Below are positions 20,099 through 29,746 of a stretch of 32,000 nucleotides of DNA, in pieces; position 1 is the first letter of the stretch; each line of letters begins with the position of its first letter. The notes under the pieces were generated by a model that was not told the DNA's origin, made no database searches, and saw only the letters and a list, made by a program, of their open reading frames with translations. Origin of the DNA: Kiritimatiella glycovorans (GTDB taxonomy: Bacteria; Verrucomicrobiota; Kiritimatiellia; Kiritimatiellales; Kiritimatiellaceae); assembly GCF_001017655.1 (NCBI RefSeq), contig NZ_CP010904.1, positions 2,400,001 to 2,432,000 on the forward strand. The letters run 5' to 3'. The position numbers were made by a program, and so were the translations under genes.

Positions 20099-20377
20099 TC
20101 AGTGCCCGGTGCGAACCTGCATCCGCTCCCCCACATCCCTGGGAATCACGTAACGCGTGTCGCCCACGCGCACCAGCAGGCTGGGGTTTCCGGGATCGTT
20201 GCGCAGCACCTCCGTCTGCGCGCCGCGGCAGAGACCCATTTCGAGGGTCTTGCGGTCGGGATTCGAGCAGATCGTCGCATGCGTTCCGGGCTCGCACGCC
20301 GCCAGAGGCTGCGGCGCATCGCACCGCCGCAGTCTGCGCCTCCGGCCTCGTCTGAACCAGCCCCGTCCGCGTCTCAT
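20099..20377 (-). CDS. feoA: FeoA-domain protein with Arg-rich N-terminal extension, encoded downstream of feoB
   Basis: The C-terminal ~65 aa (LAACEPGTHATICSN...LEMGLCRGAQTEVLRNDPGNPSLLVRVGDTRYVIPRDVGERMQV) matches the SH3-like FeoA pattern. The ATG overlaps the feoB stop (ATGA). It corresponds to the 3' end of the otherwise spurious tracked ORF 20099..21883. Confidence 0.7.
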   Translation of the reverse strand: MRRGRGWFRRGRRRRLRRCDAPQPLAACEPGTHATICSNPDRKTLEMGLCRGAQTEVLRNDPGNPSLLVRVGDTRYVIPRDVGERMQVRTGH

Positions 20378-22752
20378 GACTCCCCTTCTCGCATCCTTTC
20401 GCGGCGGTCGGCAAACCTTTTCAGCGCCGACGCGAACAGCGCCGCGAGGGCCGCGGCGGCGGCGATCCAGGCGGACGAGGCGACGGGATGCGCGCCGAAG
20501 GTGCACACCTGGTAGAAGATCGTGGCCGTCACCCAGGCCAGGCCGGTGAGATAGACCACTTCGAACCACATCCAGTTCCAGCCCGCCTCGCGCCGGATGG
20601 CGGCGAGGGTGGCGCAGCAGGGCACGTAGATCAGGACGAAGAGCATGTACGCGAAGGCGGCGGCCCTGCTGCCGAACCGCTGCCTCATCGCCCTGAACGT
20701 CGCGGAGCGCACGCCGAGCGACTCCGCCGCGGCTTCCGGCGCGGCCTCTCCCGTTGCCGGGAGATCGACCAGGTCGACGTCGAAATTGCGGAAGCCTTGA
20801 ACGAGTCCCTCCCACGCCCCGGACGCCCCCGCCCGCAGGATCTCCGCGGGCGGCGCTTCGGCATCGCCTTCCGCGGCCTCTTCCGCCGGCGCCGCGTAAA
20901 GGGCGTCGAGACTGGCAATCACCGTCTCCTTGGCGAAGATGCCCGTGAAGAGTCCGACCACGGCCGGCCAGTTCTAGTCGCGGATCCCCATCGGCCGGAA
21001 CACGGGGGTGAGCGCGCGGCCGGTCTCGCTCAGCAGCGAGTTCTGCGGGCCCGCCCCTTCCGCATCCGCGCCGGGTGAGGGGAGATAACTCAGCACGCTG
21101 AGTATGATCACCACGATCAGGATCACCTGGCCCGCGCGCACGATGAAATCGCGAAGCCTGCGCCAGGCGTGCTGGAGGACGCCGCCGATCGCGGGGAGGT
21201 GATACGGCGGCAGTTCCATCACGAACGTGCCTGCCTCGCCGCGAAAGATCGTCCGCTTGAACAGCAGACCGGTCACGACCGCGAGCGCGATGCCCGTCAG
21301 GTAGAGGGCGAACACGACGCCCGCCGGGTTGCCGGGGAAGAACGCCACCGCGAACAGCGTATAGACCGGAAGCCGCCCGCCGCAGGACATGAACGGGTTG
21401 ATCAGCGCGGTCATGATCCGGTCGCGCCGCCGGTCCAGCGTGCGGGTGGCGAGGATGCCCGGCACGTTGCAGCCGAAGCCGATCAGCAGCGGGATGAAGG
21501 CCTTGCCGGGCAGTCCGATCACGCGCAGCCAGCGGTCCATGACGAACCCCGCACGCGCCATGTAACCCGATTCCTCGAGCAGCGAGAGGCAGAGAAAGAT
21601 AAAGAAAATCGGCGGGATAAACGTCGCCAGGATCTGCAGTCCGCCGCCCACCCCGTCCGTCAGCACGGCGGTGAGCAGTTCCGGCGCGCCAGCGGAGTTC
21701 ATCCACGCCGCCGGGGCCTCGACGAAGACCGCGCCGCACAGACGGTCGAAGAAGTGAATGAACGGTTCGCCGACCTTGATGGTGAACAGGAAGACGAGAT
21801 ACATGACGGCGAGGAAGATCGGGACGCCGATCACGCGGTTGAGCACGATGGCGTCCAGGTGATCGGAGACCGCCCGGCGCCACTGTTCATGCCGCTTCAC
21901 CACGTCCCGCGCCAGACCGTGGATGAACCCGTAGCGACCGTCGGCGATCACGATATCGGCTTCGTCGCCCGTGTGGCGGCGGGTGTGCGTCCTTACACGC
22001 TCGAGCACCTCTTCCGCCCCGCCCGAAGACCACTTCCGCACGTCGTCGTCGCCTTCAAGGAGTTTAACGGCCCACCAGCGCGCGTCGGCTCCGTGTTCCC
22101 GGGCCTCCGCTTCGATGAGCGGAACCAGCTCGGCGACCCCCTCTTCCACCGCGTCCTCGTAATGCACGTGCACCGAAGGCGGGCGGGCCTCGCGGGCCGT
22201 CTCCACCGCCGCCGACCGCAGGTCGTGCAGTCCCTCGCCGCGCAGCGCGACGGTGGGCACGACGCGCGAATCCAGGTGGCGGGCGAGGTGCTCGACCTCG
22301 ATCTCCAGCCGGCTGCGTCCGGCCTCGTCCATCTTGTTGAGCGCCACCACCACCGGAACCCGCATCTCGATGAGCTGGGTGGTGAGGTACAGGTTCCGCT
22401 CGAGGTTGGTGGCGTCGACGATGTTGATCACGGCGTCCGGTTTTTCGCGCAGGACGTATTCCCGCGCGATGTGCTCATCCACCGAGCTGGCGGAAAAAGA
22501 ATAGATCCCGGGCAAGTCGACCACGCGCACCGAGCACCCGCCGCACTCGTAATAGCCCTCGACACGGTCCACCGTCACGCCCGGCCAGTTCCCGACCCGA
22601 TGGCGCGAACCCGTCAGCGCATTGAACAGTGTGGTCTTGCCCGAGTTCGGGTTGCCCGCAATCGCGATAATGAAATGCCGCTTCAATCGTCCCCCCGGAG
22701 GTCCGCCACCCCCCGCTTCGTTCCGGAGGTCTATCCCTACCGGAACACTCAT
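20374..22752 (-). pseudogene. feoB: Ferrous iron transporter FeoB, single reading frame interrupted by an in-frame TAG at 20974-20976
   Basis: Tracked ORFs 20974..22752 (G-domain GNPNSGKTTLFNALTG plus membrane domain) and 20374..20961 are in the same frame. The junction reads ...PMGIRD*NWPAVVGLFTGIFAKE, which falls inside the conserved FeoB NWPA..GLFTG gate region. Total length is 793 codons, normal for FeoB. Confidence 0.8.
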
Positions 22753-22767
22753 CTTTGATAAAGGCTT

Positions 22768-22786
22768 ATTTAGACAAAATCTAAAT
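22768..22786. promoter_or_regulatory. 19-bp AT-rich palindrome ATTTAGA-CAAAA-TCTAAAT just upstream of feoB; candidate metalloregulator (Fur-like) operator
   Basis: Perfect 7-bp arms lie 16-34 nt upstream of the feoB ATG (22752). This is a striking AT island in GC-rich DNA, within the divergent intergenic region. Confidence 0.3.
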
Positions 22787-22970
22787 TAGCCCGCGTTAAG
22801 CACCCGCCCGTGCCTGACCTGGAACACATGATGGATCCATGCCCTACGGGGACCACCACGGATTGACCGGGTTTCACGGATAGGGGGGTCCGCTGACGAT
22901 ACATTTCCGTCGGAACTCCCGTACCGCGCACGGCCTTGACGCCACACCTCCCCGAAACTACGTTTTCATC

Positions 22971-24410
22971 ATGCGCGCATGGCTGGCAGTGTGGATGCTG
23001 CTGACGACGATCCTTCCGGGAGCGTCTCTTTCCGCGCGCACATGGACCGACCGCGGCGGGAACCGCATCGAGGCCGAACTTGTCGAAGTCGCGCCCGACC
23101 GCACCGTGACCCTGCGCTCTTCCGACGGCGCCACGCGGACGATTCCCTTCTCCGCCTTCGGCGCCGAAGACCGCCGATTCCTGGAGTCGCGGCTGGCGGC
23201 CCCGGGCCCCGGCCGGGAAGAACTCAATGCGACGCTGGGGATGGAACTCTGGCGAGACCGTTCCTTGTGGGACGATGCCACGGCCGCGACCGCGGAGCGG
23301 CTCTCGGTGCCGCGCGAATCGAAAACCGGGTACCAGGAGAGTTTTCGGGCCTATCCTTCCGGCGAGTGGGAACTGTGTGGCGAGCCGGTCTACTCGCTCG
23401 CACTCTACGGAGATAAACATCACCTGCGCAGCCTCTCCGCCGTACTGGTCAACAAAGGCGATGTCATCGCGGAGCGCATCGATTCCGACAGCACCTTCGA
23501 CCGCCTGCTGATGGCAGGCGATGAAGCGCGCGAGCGGATCGAAGAAGAAGTGGAGCGCTGCGGCGAAAACGCGCGGCGCCGGCTCCAATCGCTGCTGGGC
23601 GAACCGGAACGCGACCGCTACGGCGACGACCGCGCGCGGGAAAAGGTGTGGCGCTGGGACTGGCACGGACACGCCCTGCTGCTCTCGATCCAGGAAGGCG
23701 AATACGTCGCGTTTCGCGTGGTCCCGCCCGAAGTCGCCGATCGCGCGGGCCGTGCGAAGAAGATCAGCGACGAGGAGATCCGCGCGCGGCTGGCGGAACG
23801 GGTGGAGCGCCGGTCGAACGGCGACGTCGTGATCCGCGACATCCCGATGATCGACCAGGGGCCGAAGGGGTACTGTGTGCCGGCGACGTTCGAGCGCTAC
23901 CTGCGCTACATGCACATCCCTGCCGATATGTACATCCTCGCCATGGCGGGTGAAACCGCCCCCGGCGGCGGCTCGCAGCTCGAACCCATGATCGAAGGCG
24001 CCGAACGACTGGTCAGCCAGAACGGACGGCGGCTGAAAGACATCTCGAAGCACCCCGAAATCGATGATATCCGACGTTACATCGACGAGGGCCTGCCCCT
24101 GATGTGGGTGCTGAACGCGACGCCGGATTTTCAGCAGACCGCCCACGACCGCACCGTCGCCCGGCGCGACGTCACGAATTGGGATGCCTGGGCCAGGCAG
24201 CTCACATCCCGGCGCGAGGCGGCGGAGGACGCCGAACCGCGCAACAGGCGACCGGAGTACGGGCACATCTGTCTTGTGATCGGATACAACGAGCAGACCG
24301 GCGAGATCGCCTTCTCCGACTCTTACGGCCCCGAATACCGCGAACGCTGGATCACCGCCGAAGAAGCCTGCCTCTACTCGATGGAGGCCATGTACGTGAT
24401 TCACTGGTAG
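22971..24410 (+). CDS. Secreted protein with N-terminal SHD1-like domain and C-terminal papain-fold (C39-like) cysteine peptidase-like domain
   Basis: Has a signal peptide (MRAWLAVWMLLTTILPGASLSA) and an SHD1-like unit (RTWTDRGGNRIEAELVEVAPDRTVTLRSSDGATRTIPFSAFGAEDRRFL). The C-terminal region has a candidate catalytic Cys (GPKGYCVPAT) and His (EYGHICLVIGYN). Domain calls are by pattern resemblance. Confidence 0.6.
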   Translation: MRAWLAVWMLLTTILPGASLSARTWTDRGGNRIEAELVEVAPDRTVTLRSSDGATRTIPFSAFGAEDRRFLESRLAAPGPGREELNATLGMELWRDRSLWDDATAATAERLSVPRESKTGYQESFRAYPSGEWELCGEPVYSLALYGDKHHLRSLSAVLVNKGDVIAERIDSDSTFDRLLMAGDEARERIEEEVERCGENARRRLQSLLGEPERDRYGDDRAREKVWRWDWHGHALLLSIQEGEYVAFRVVPPEVADRAGRAKKISDEEIRARLAERVERRSNGDVVIRDIPMIDQGPKGYCVPATFERYLRYMHIPADMYILAMAGETAPGGGSQLEPMIEGAERLVSQNGRRLKDISKHPEIDDIRRYIDEGLPLMWVLNATPDFQQTAHDRTVARRDVTNWDAWARQLTSRREAAEDAEPRNRRPEYGHICLVIGYNEQTGEIAFSDSYGPEYRERWITAEEACLYSMEAMYVIHW

Positions 24411-24502
24411 CGCGCGCACGATGAAGATGAGGATGAAGCCTCTTTCTCCCTTCCCTCCCTCCGTTCCCTCCGATAGAGTTCCCCTGTTTTTTCGCGGTGT
24501 AA

Positions 24503-25810
<1,308 letters not shown>

Positions 25811-25834
25811 ACCGCGGCCGCGGCGAAGCTCCGC

Positions 25835-25869
25835 AAAGGCCCGGTGTCCGGACGGGACGCCGGGCCTTT
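25835..25869 (+). terminator. Intrinsic-terminator-like hairpin after eno
   Basis: A 10-bp stem AAAGGCCCGG (25835-25844) / CCGGGCCTTT (25860-25869) is followed by GCTTTG. It starts 25 nt after the eno stop. Confidence 0.55.
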
Positions 25870-25956
25870 GCTTTGCGCGGCGAAGCCGGCCCGGTCATCG
25901 ACGGTGGGGTGAATCCCGATTCCCTGAGTTCAACCTTGGGACCCCCGGGGGAATAT

Positions 25957-26059
25957 CGTACTCGTACGCGTACTCGGAGCGCCGAAGGCGCGATCCCACT
26001 CCCCCGGTTCAAGGAATTCGAGTACGAGTACCGCTTCGCTGAGTACGAGTACGCGTACG
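25957..26059. repeat. Period-6 GTAC-containing low-complexity blocks forming an imperfect inverted repeat
   Basis: CGTACTCGTACGCGTACTCGG (25957-25977) matches the reverse complement of TGAGTACGAGTACGCGTACG (26040-26059) at 17/20 positions. A further CGAGTACGAGTACC block lies at 26019-26032. A direct near-copy, GCGTACTCGTACGCGTAATCGG, lies at 26219-26240. Confidence 0.8.
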
Positions 26060-26465
26060 TTGTGACGCGGGCGGATTTCTAATCCAGCCGCTACGATTTC
26101 AGTAGTTCCACAAATATCCACGAAGAACCCGGAGATCGCGCCCTACCCAAGAGACGCAGGTCGAACCCATGCGTGAAGGCAGGGACTCTGCTGGACAGCA
26201 GAAGACCGTCCGCCGTGTGCGTACTCGTACGCGTAATCGGTCCCTGCCTTTTCCTCTCCTGAGAAGAAACCTCATCGGAGCAAGGCCCGCCATCCCTGAA
26301 AATCTTTCCGATTATTTCCGATCGACCTTTGACATTACGCAGATATCTGGTTCTTTAGCGCCTCCACAGCGCGGATCTCCCCGTACGGGAGACCGCCGAG
26401 ACGCCATGCGGACGCCCGCCGGAAAAGGGCGCACCCGCTGCACAACACCTCAAAGGAGGCTGCGT

Positions 26466-27263
26466 ATGACGCAACAGAAAGAACAGCACTACGCCGAAGA
26501 TCCGGTCCAGGTCCGCGAGACCGGTCAGTACCAGAATGAATACGTCCCCGGATTCGCGGAAAAATGGGACCAGCTCATCGACTGGGACGGCCGGGCGAAG
26601 AGCGAGGGCGACTTCTTCATCCAGACGCTGCGCGAACACGGCGCACAAAACATTCTGGACGTCGCCACGGGAACCGGCTTCCACTCCGTACGTATGATCG
26701 AGGCCGGATTCAACGTCATCAGTGCCGACGGCAGTCCGGCGATGCTCGCGACCGCCTTCGAGAACGGCAAAAAGCGCGGCCACATCCTGCGCACCATCCA
26801 GGCGGACTGGCGCTGGCTCAACCGCGACGTGCCCGGCACGTTCGACGCCATCATCTGCCTCGGCAACTCGTTCACCCACCTGTTCGAGGAACAGGACCGG
26901 CGGAAAACGCTGGCGGAATTCTATGCCGCGCTCAACCACGACGGCATCCTCATCCTCGACCAGCGGAACTACGATCAGCTTCTGGACGAAGGGTTCTCCT
27001 GCAAACACAAATTCTACTACTGCGGCGAGGACGTCGTCGCCGAACCGGATCACGTCGACGAGGGCCTCGCCCGCTTCGGCTATTCGTTCAAAGACGGCTC
27101 GAAGTATACGCTGAACATGTTTCCGCTGCGCAAGGACTACACCCGCCGCCTGATGGCGGAGGCCGGCTTCCAGAAGGTCACGACCTACGCCGACTTCGAA
27201 GAGACCCATCGGCAGGAGTCGCCGGACTTCTACATCCACGTCGCCGCCAAGAACGCCGAATAA
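26466..27263 (+). CDS. Glycine/sarcosine N-methyltransferase (GSMT), glycine betaine synthesis step 1-2
   Basis: 265 aa, near-colinear with the characterised halophile GSMTs as I recall them: EKWDQLIDWDGRAKSEGDFFIQ, DVATGTGFHSVRMIEAGFNVISADGS, GHILRTIQADWRWLNRDV, ICLGNSFTHLFEEQDRRKTLAEFY, LNMFPLRKDYTRRLM. RBS AAAGGAGG is present. The tracked ORF start at 26169 is an over-extension. Confidence 0.88.
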   Translation: MTQQKEQHYAEDPVQVRETGQYQNEYVPGFAEKWDQLIDWDGRAKSEGDFFIQTLREHGAQNILDVATGTGFHSVRMIEAGFNVISADGSPAMLATAFENGKKRGHILRTIQADWRWLNRDVPGTFDAIICLGNSFTHLFEEQDRRKTLAEFYAALNHDGILILDQRNYDQLLDEGFSCKHKFYYCGEDVVAEPDHVDEGLARFGYSFKDGSKYTLNMFPLRKDYTRRLMAEAGFQKVTTYADFEETHRQESPDFYIHVAAKNAE

Positions 27264-27322
27264 GCGGCGGCTCCGGGAAACAGCGGAGACCCCGCGGCAT
27301 GATCTGAGGAGGATTCACCTTT

Positions 27323-28162
27323 ATGACGGAAAGCTATACACAGGCCGTGAACACGGCCCGGGACTATTACAACAGCAACGACGCGGACAACTTCTACTTC
27401 CACATCTGGGGAGGCGAGGACATCCACGTCGGACTGTATCAGCACGACGAGGAGGCCATTTTCGACGCGTCCAGAAGGACGGTCGAGCAGATGGCCCGGA
27501 AACTCGGCCGCCTCGATGAGCACACATCGATCCTCGATATCGGCGGCGGCTACGGCGGCGCCATGCGCCATCTCGTCCGCACCACCGGATGCCGGGCGGC
27601 GGTCCTGAATATCTCGGAGGTCGAGAACGAGCGCGACCGGCAGATGAACCGCGAGCAGGGATGCGAGGACCGGATCGATGTGATCGACGGCGACTTCGCA
27701 AACATCCCGTTCGACGACGGGTCCTTCGACGGCGCGTGGTCGCAGGACGCGATTCTGCATTCCGACGACCGCACCGGCGTGGTGCGGGAAACGGCGCGCG
27801 TGCTCAACCCCGGCGCGAAGTTCGTCTTCACCGACCCCATGCAGACCGACGACTGTCCGGATGGGGTCCTGCAGCCGATCTACGACCGCATCCACCTCGA
27901 GTCGCTCGCCTCGCCCGGCTTCTACCGGCGCGCCGGCGAAGAAGCGGGGCTGGAGTTCGTCGAGTTCGAGGAACACGCCGACCAGATCGCCCGTCATTAC
28001 GGACGGGTCCTGAAAGAACTGATGTCGCGCGAAGCGGAGTTGAAGGACAAGGTCAGCGACGATTACATCGAGCGCATGAAGAAGGGACTCCGGCACTGGG
28101 TCGACGGCGGGAACGCCGGGTACCTCACCTGGGGGATCTTCACCTTCCGCAAACCCGCCTGA
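27323..28162 (+). CDS. Sarcosine/dimethylglycine N-methyltransferase (SDMT), glycine betaine synthesis step 2-3
   Basis: 279 aa with segments characteristic of SDMT: DYYNSNDADNFYFHIWGGEDIHVGLY, LDIGGGYGG, NERDRQMNREQG, WSQDAILHS, FVFTDPMQTD.CP.GVLQPIYDRIHL, GYLTWGIFTFRKP. RBS GAGGAGG is present. Confidence 0.88.
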   Translation: MTESYTQAVNTARDYYNSNDADNFYFHIWGGEDIHVGLYQHDEEAIFDASRRTVEQMARKLGRLDEHTSILDIGGGYGGAMRHLVRTTGCRAAVLNISEVENERDRQMNREQGCEDRIDVIDGDFANIPFDDGSFDGAWSQDAILHSDDRTGVVRETARVLNPGAKFVFTDPMQTDDCPDGVLQPIYDRIHLESLASPGFYRRAGEEAGLEFVEFEEHADQIARHYGRVLKELMSREAELKDKVSDDYIERMKKGLRHWVDGGNAGYLTWGIFTFRKPA

Positions 28163-28196
28163 TCGCGCCGGAACGCCCGGGAAGAGGCGGGAGGAC

Positions 28197-28236
28197 GAGA
28201 GTCAGAGTCAGAGTCAGAATCAGAGTAAGAGAGAGT
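28197..28236. repeat. Tandem period-6 purine-rich block (GAGTCA x3, GAATCA, GAGTAA, GAGAGA)
   Basis: Read directly from the sequence in the convergent intergenic region between SDMT and the CDP-alcohol transferase. It is followed by three 7-mers ending CTGA (GACCTGA, AACCTGA, GATCTGA). Confidence 0.85.
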
Positions 28237-28285
28237 GGGAGACCTGAAACCTGAGATCTGAGTTTGACAAAATCGGGAGCGCTAT

Positions 28286-28311
28286 CGGGATCGGGTTCGA
28301 CCCCGATCCCG
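28286..28311. terminator. Perfect 10-bp hairpin CGGGATCGGG-TTCGAC-CCCGATCCCG between convergent genes (possible bidirectional terminator)
   Basis: Stem arms lie at 28286-28295 and 28302-28311. There is no U-tract. It sits between the 3' ends of the SDMT gene (28162) and the minus-strand gene (28334). Confidence 0.4.
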
Positions 28312-28333
28312 CGTGATCTCTTCCTCCCGCCTC

Positions 28334-28903
28334 TCAGCGCGATGCCTCCCGCACGCGGAAGGCATCGAAAATCGAATGGACATCGGAGCGCCATTCGGGC
28401 AGCACGAGGGTGATCGCTGTCTCCTCGACCGCGGAGACCATCATGACCGCCAGCGCCGCCCGGAAGACCAGCGGCGTCCATCCCGCGAAGAGGATCAGCG
28501 CGCCGACACTGACCGCGGCCGTGCCGAGTTTCGCGCTCCAGGTGTGGTACGCGGGCAGGTGGCGGTGTTTCGTGTACGCCACCGCGCCGGAGACGAGTCC
28601 GAGGGCCAGGACGGCGAGGATCGGCGGCGCCTCCCGCAGCAGCCGGTCGGGCCAGAGCATCACCGCCCCCCAGACGCCGAAAAGACCCATGAGGACATCC
28701 CCGCAGGTGTCCAGGTGCGCGCCGAGACGGGTCTGCAGGCGCCACATGCGCGCGAACAGGCCGTCGGCGAAATCGCTCGCGAGCAGCAGGCCGAGCAGGA
28801 CGAGAAAAAATCCGCGCGCCTCCGCGAACCCCGCCGCCGCCAGCAGCGGGGATAATCCGATCCTGAACGCGCTGATCGTATTCGGAACCAGGGCGCGTCT
28901 CAT
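28334..28903 (-). CDS. CDP-alcohol phosphatidyltransferase family protein
   Basis: Carries the signature D-G-x2-A-R-x8-G-x3-D-x3-D (DFADGLFARMWRLQTRLGAHLDTCGD) in a polytopic membrane protein. The start is placed at ATG 28903 (MRRALVPNTISAFRI); an alternative ATG lies at 28978. Confidence 0.75.
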   Translation of the reverse strand: MRRALVPNTISAFRIGLSPLLAAAGFAEARGFFLVLLGLLLASDFADGLFARMWRLQTRLGAHLDTCGDVLMGLFGVWGAVMLWPDRLLREAPPILAVLALGLVSGAVAYTKHRHLPAYHTWSAKLGTAAVSVGALILFAGWTPLVFRAALAVMMVSAVEETAITLVLPEWRSDVHSIFDAFRVREASR

Positions 28904-28995
28904 CGCCGGCGCTCCATGCTTTGCTTCCACTTCATTTTCGGCTAGACTATGAACACGCAAGTCATACGAGACCAGCATAACCGGAGGGGATCCTC

Positions 28996-29715
28996 ATGAA
29001 GACCGCACATTCCACGCATAGTTCCGGCACCATCCACCGACGCGGCTTCATCGGCGCGGCGGGCGCCACGGCGGCGCTGGCGGCCGGCGGGCCTGCCGCC
29101 GCCGCTGCGGGAGCGCCGTACAGGCAGCCTCCCCTTCCCTACTCCGAGAACGCGCTCGAACCCGTGATCACCTCACGGACCCTGAGTTTCCACTACGGAA
29201 AGCATCACCGCGGGTACGTCAACAACGTAAACGAGCTGGTCAAAGGCACCGACTGGGCCGGAATGCCGCTGGATCAGCTCGTCGTACAGACCGCCGACAA
29301 CCCGGAATACGCCGCGGTGTTCAACAACGCGGCTCAGGCCTGGAACCACGCCTTCTACTGGAACAGCATGAGACCCGGAGGCGGCGGTGAGCCGCCCGCC
29401 GAGCTGAAGAAGATGATGCAGGATGTCTTCGGCGGCGTGAAGGCCTGCTGCAAAAAGCTCGCGGACGCGGCCGGATCGCAGTTCGGCAGCGGGTGGGCCT
29501 GGCTGGCGGTCGACGGCCACGGCACGCTTAACGTGCTCAAGACGGCCAACGCCGACACCCCGCTCGCCCGCGGCATGACCCCGCTGCTGACGATCGACGT
29601 GTGGGAACACGCCTACTACCTCGACTACCAGAACCGGCGCGGGGCCTACGTGGCCGCCGTCCTCGACAAGCTGATCAACTGGGACTTCGCCATGCGGAAT
29701 CTCGAGCGGGCCTGA
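28996..29715 (+). CDS. sodB: Fe/Mn-family superoxide dismutase (Fe-type signature) with Tat signal peptide
   Basis: SOD motifs are [31 protein letters not shown] (Fe-SOD-like) and [15 protein letters not shown]. The ~45-aa N-terminal extension has a twin-arginine motif, [18 protein letters not shown]. Confidence 0.9.
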   Translation: MKTAHSTHSSGTIHRRGFIGAAGATAALAAGGPAAAAAGAPYRQPPLPYSENALEPVITSRTLSFHYGKHHRGYVNNVNELVKGTDWAGMPLDQLVVQTADNPEYAAVFNNAAQAWNHAFYWNSMRPGGGGEPPAELKKMMQDVFGGVKACCKKLADAAGSQFGSGWAWLAVDGHGTLNVLKTANADTPLARGMTPLLTIDVWEHAYYLDYQNRRGAYVAAVLDKLINWDFAMRNLERA

Positions 29716-29746
29716 AGAGCATGTGAATGCGACGGCCCCGAACACG

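Noticed and set aside
20974-20976. In-frame TAG in feoB as evidence for stop-codon reassignment (e.g. an amber-to-amino-acid code).
   Set aside because: TAG terminates at least two neighbouring well-delimited genes (stops at 5182-5184 and 5773-5775, minus strand), and no other in-frame TAG is seen in the conserved genes of this window.
20099-21883. 594-aa ORF on the minus strand overlapping feoB in another frame, and 4088..5023 (+, 311 aa) antisense to the HAD gene.
   Set aside because: The composition is Arg/Pro/Gly-rich shadow-frame sequence. Only the last 92 codons (20099-20377), downstream of the feoB stop, form a credible FeoA domain. The 4088 ORF is antisense to a clear HAD-IIA gene.
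25873-26293. Small ORFs in the eno-GSMT intergenic region (25873..26082 +, 25930..26121 -, 26099..26293 -) with TRTRTR / EYEYRFAEYEY / RVRVRTRR peptides.
   Set aside because: The dipeptide-repeat peptides arise from translating the period-6 DNA blocks. There are no start-context signals or plausible folds, so the region is treated as non-coding repeats.
26290-26465. Possible glycine or SAH/SAM riboswitch in the leader of the betaine methyltransferase operon.
   Set aside because: I could not find the conserved cores (glycine: GGAGAG...CACCGAAGGGGCAA...CUCAGGC; SAH: GAGGAGCGCUGC...AACGGCGCUCA). Only generic GC hairpins are present, so no call is made without a covariance-model scan.
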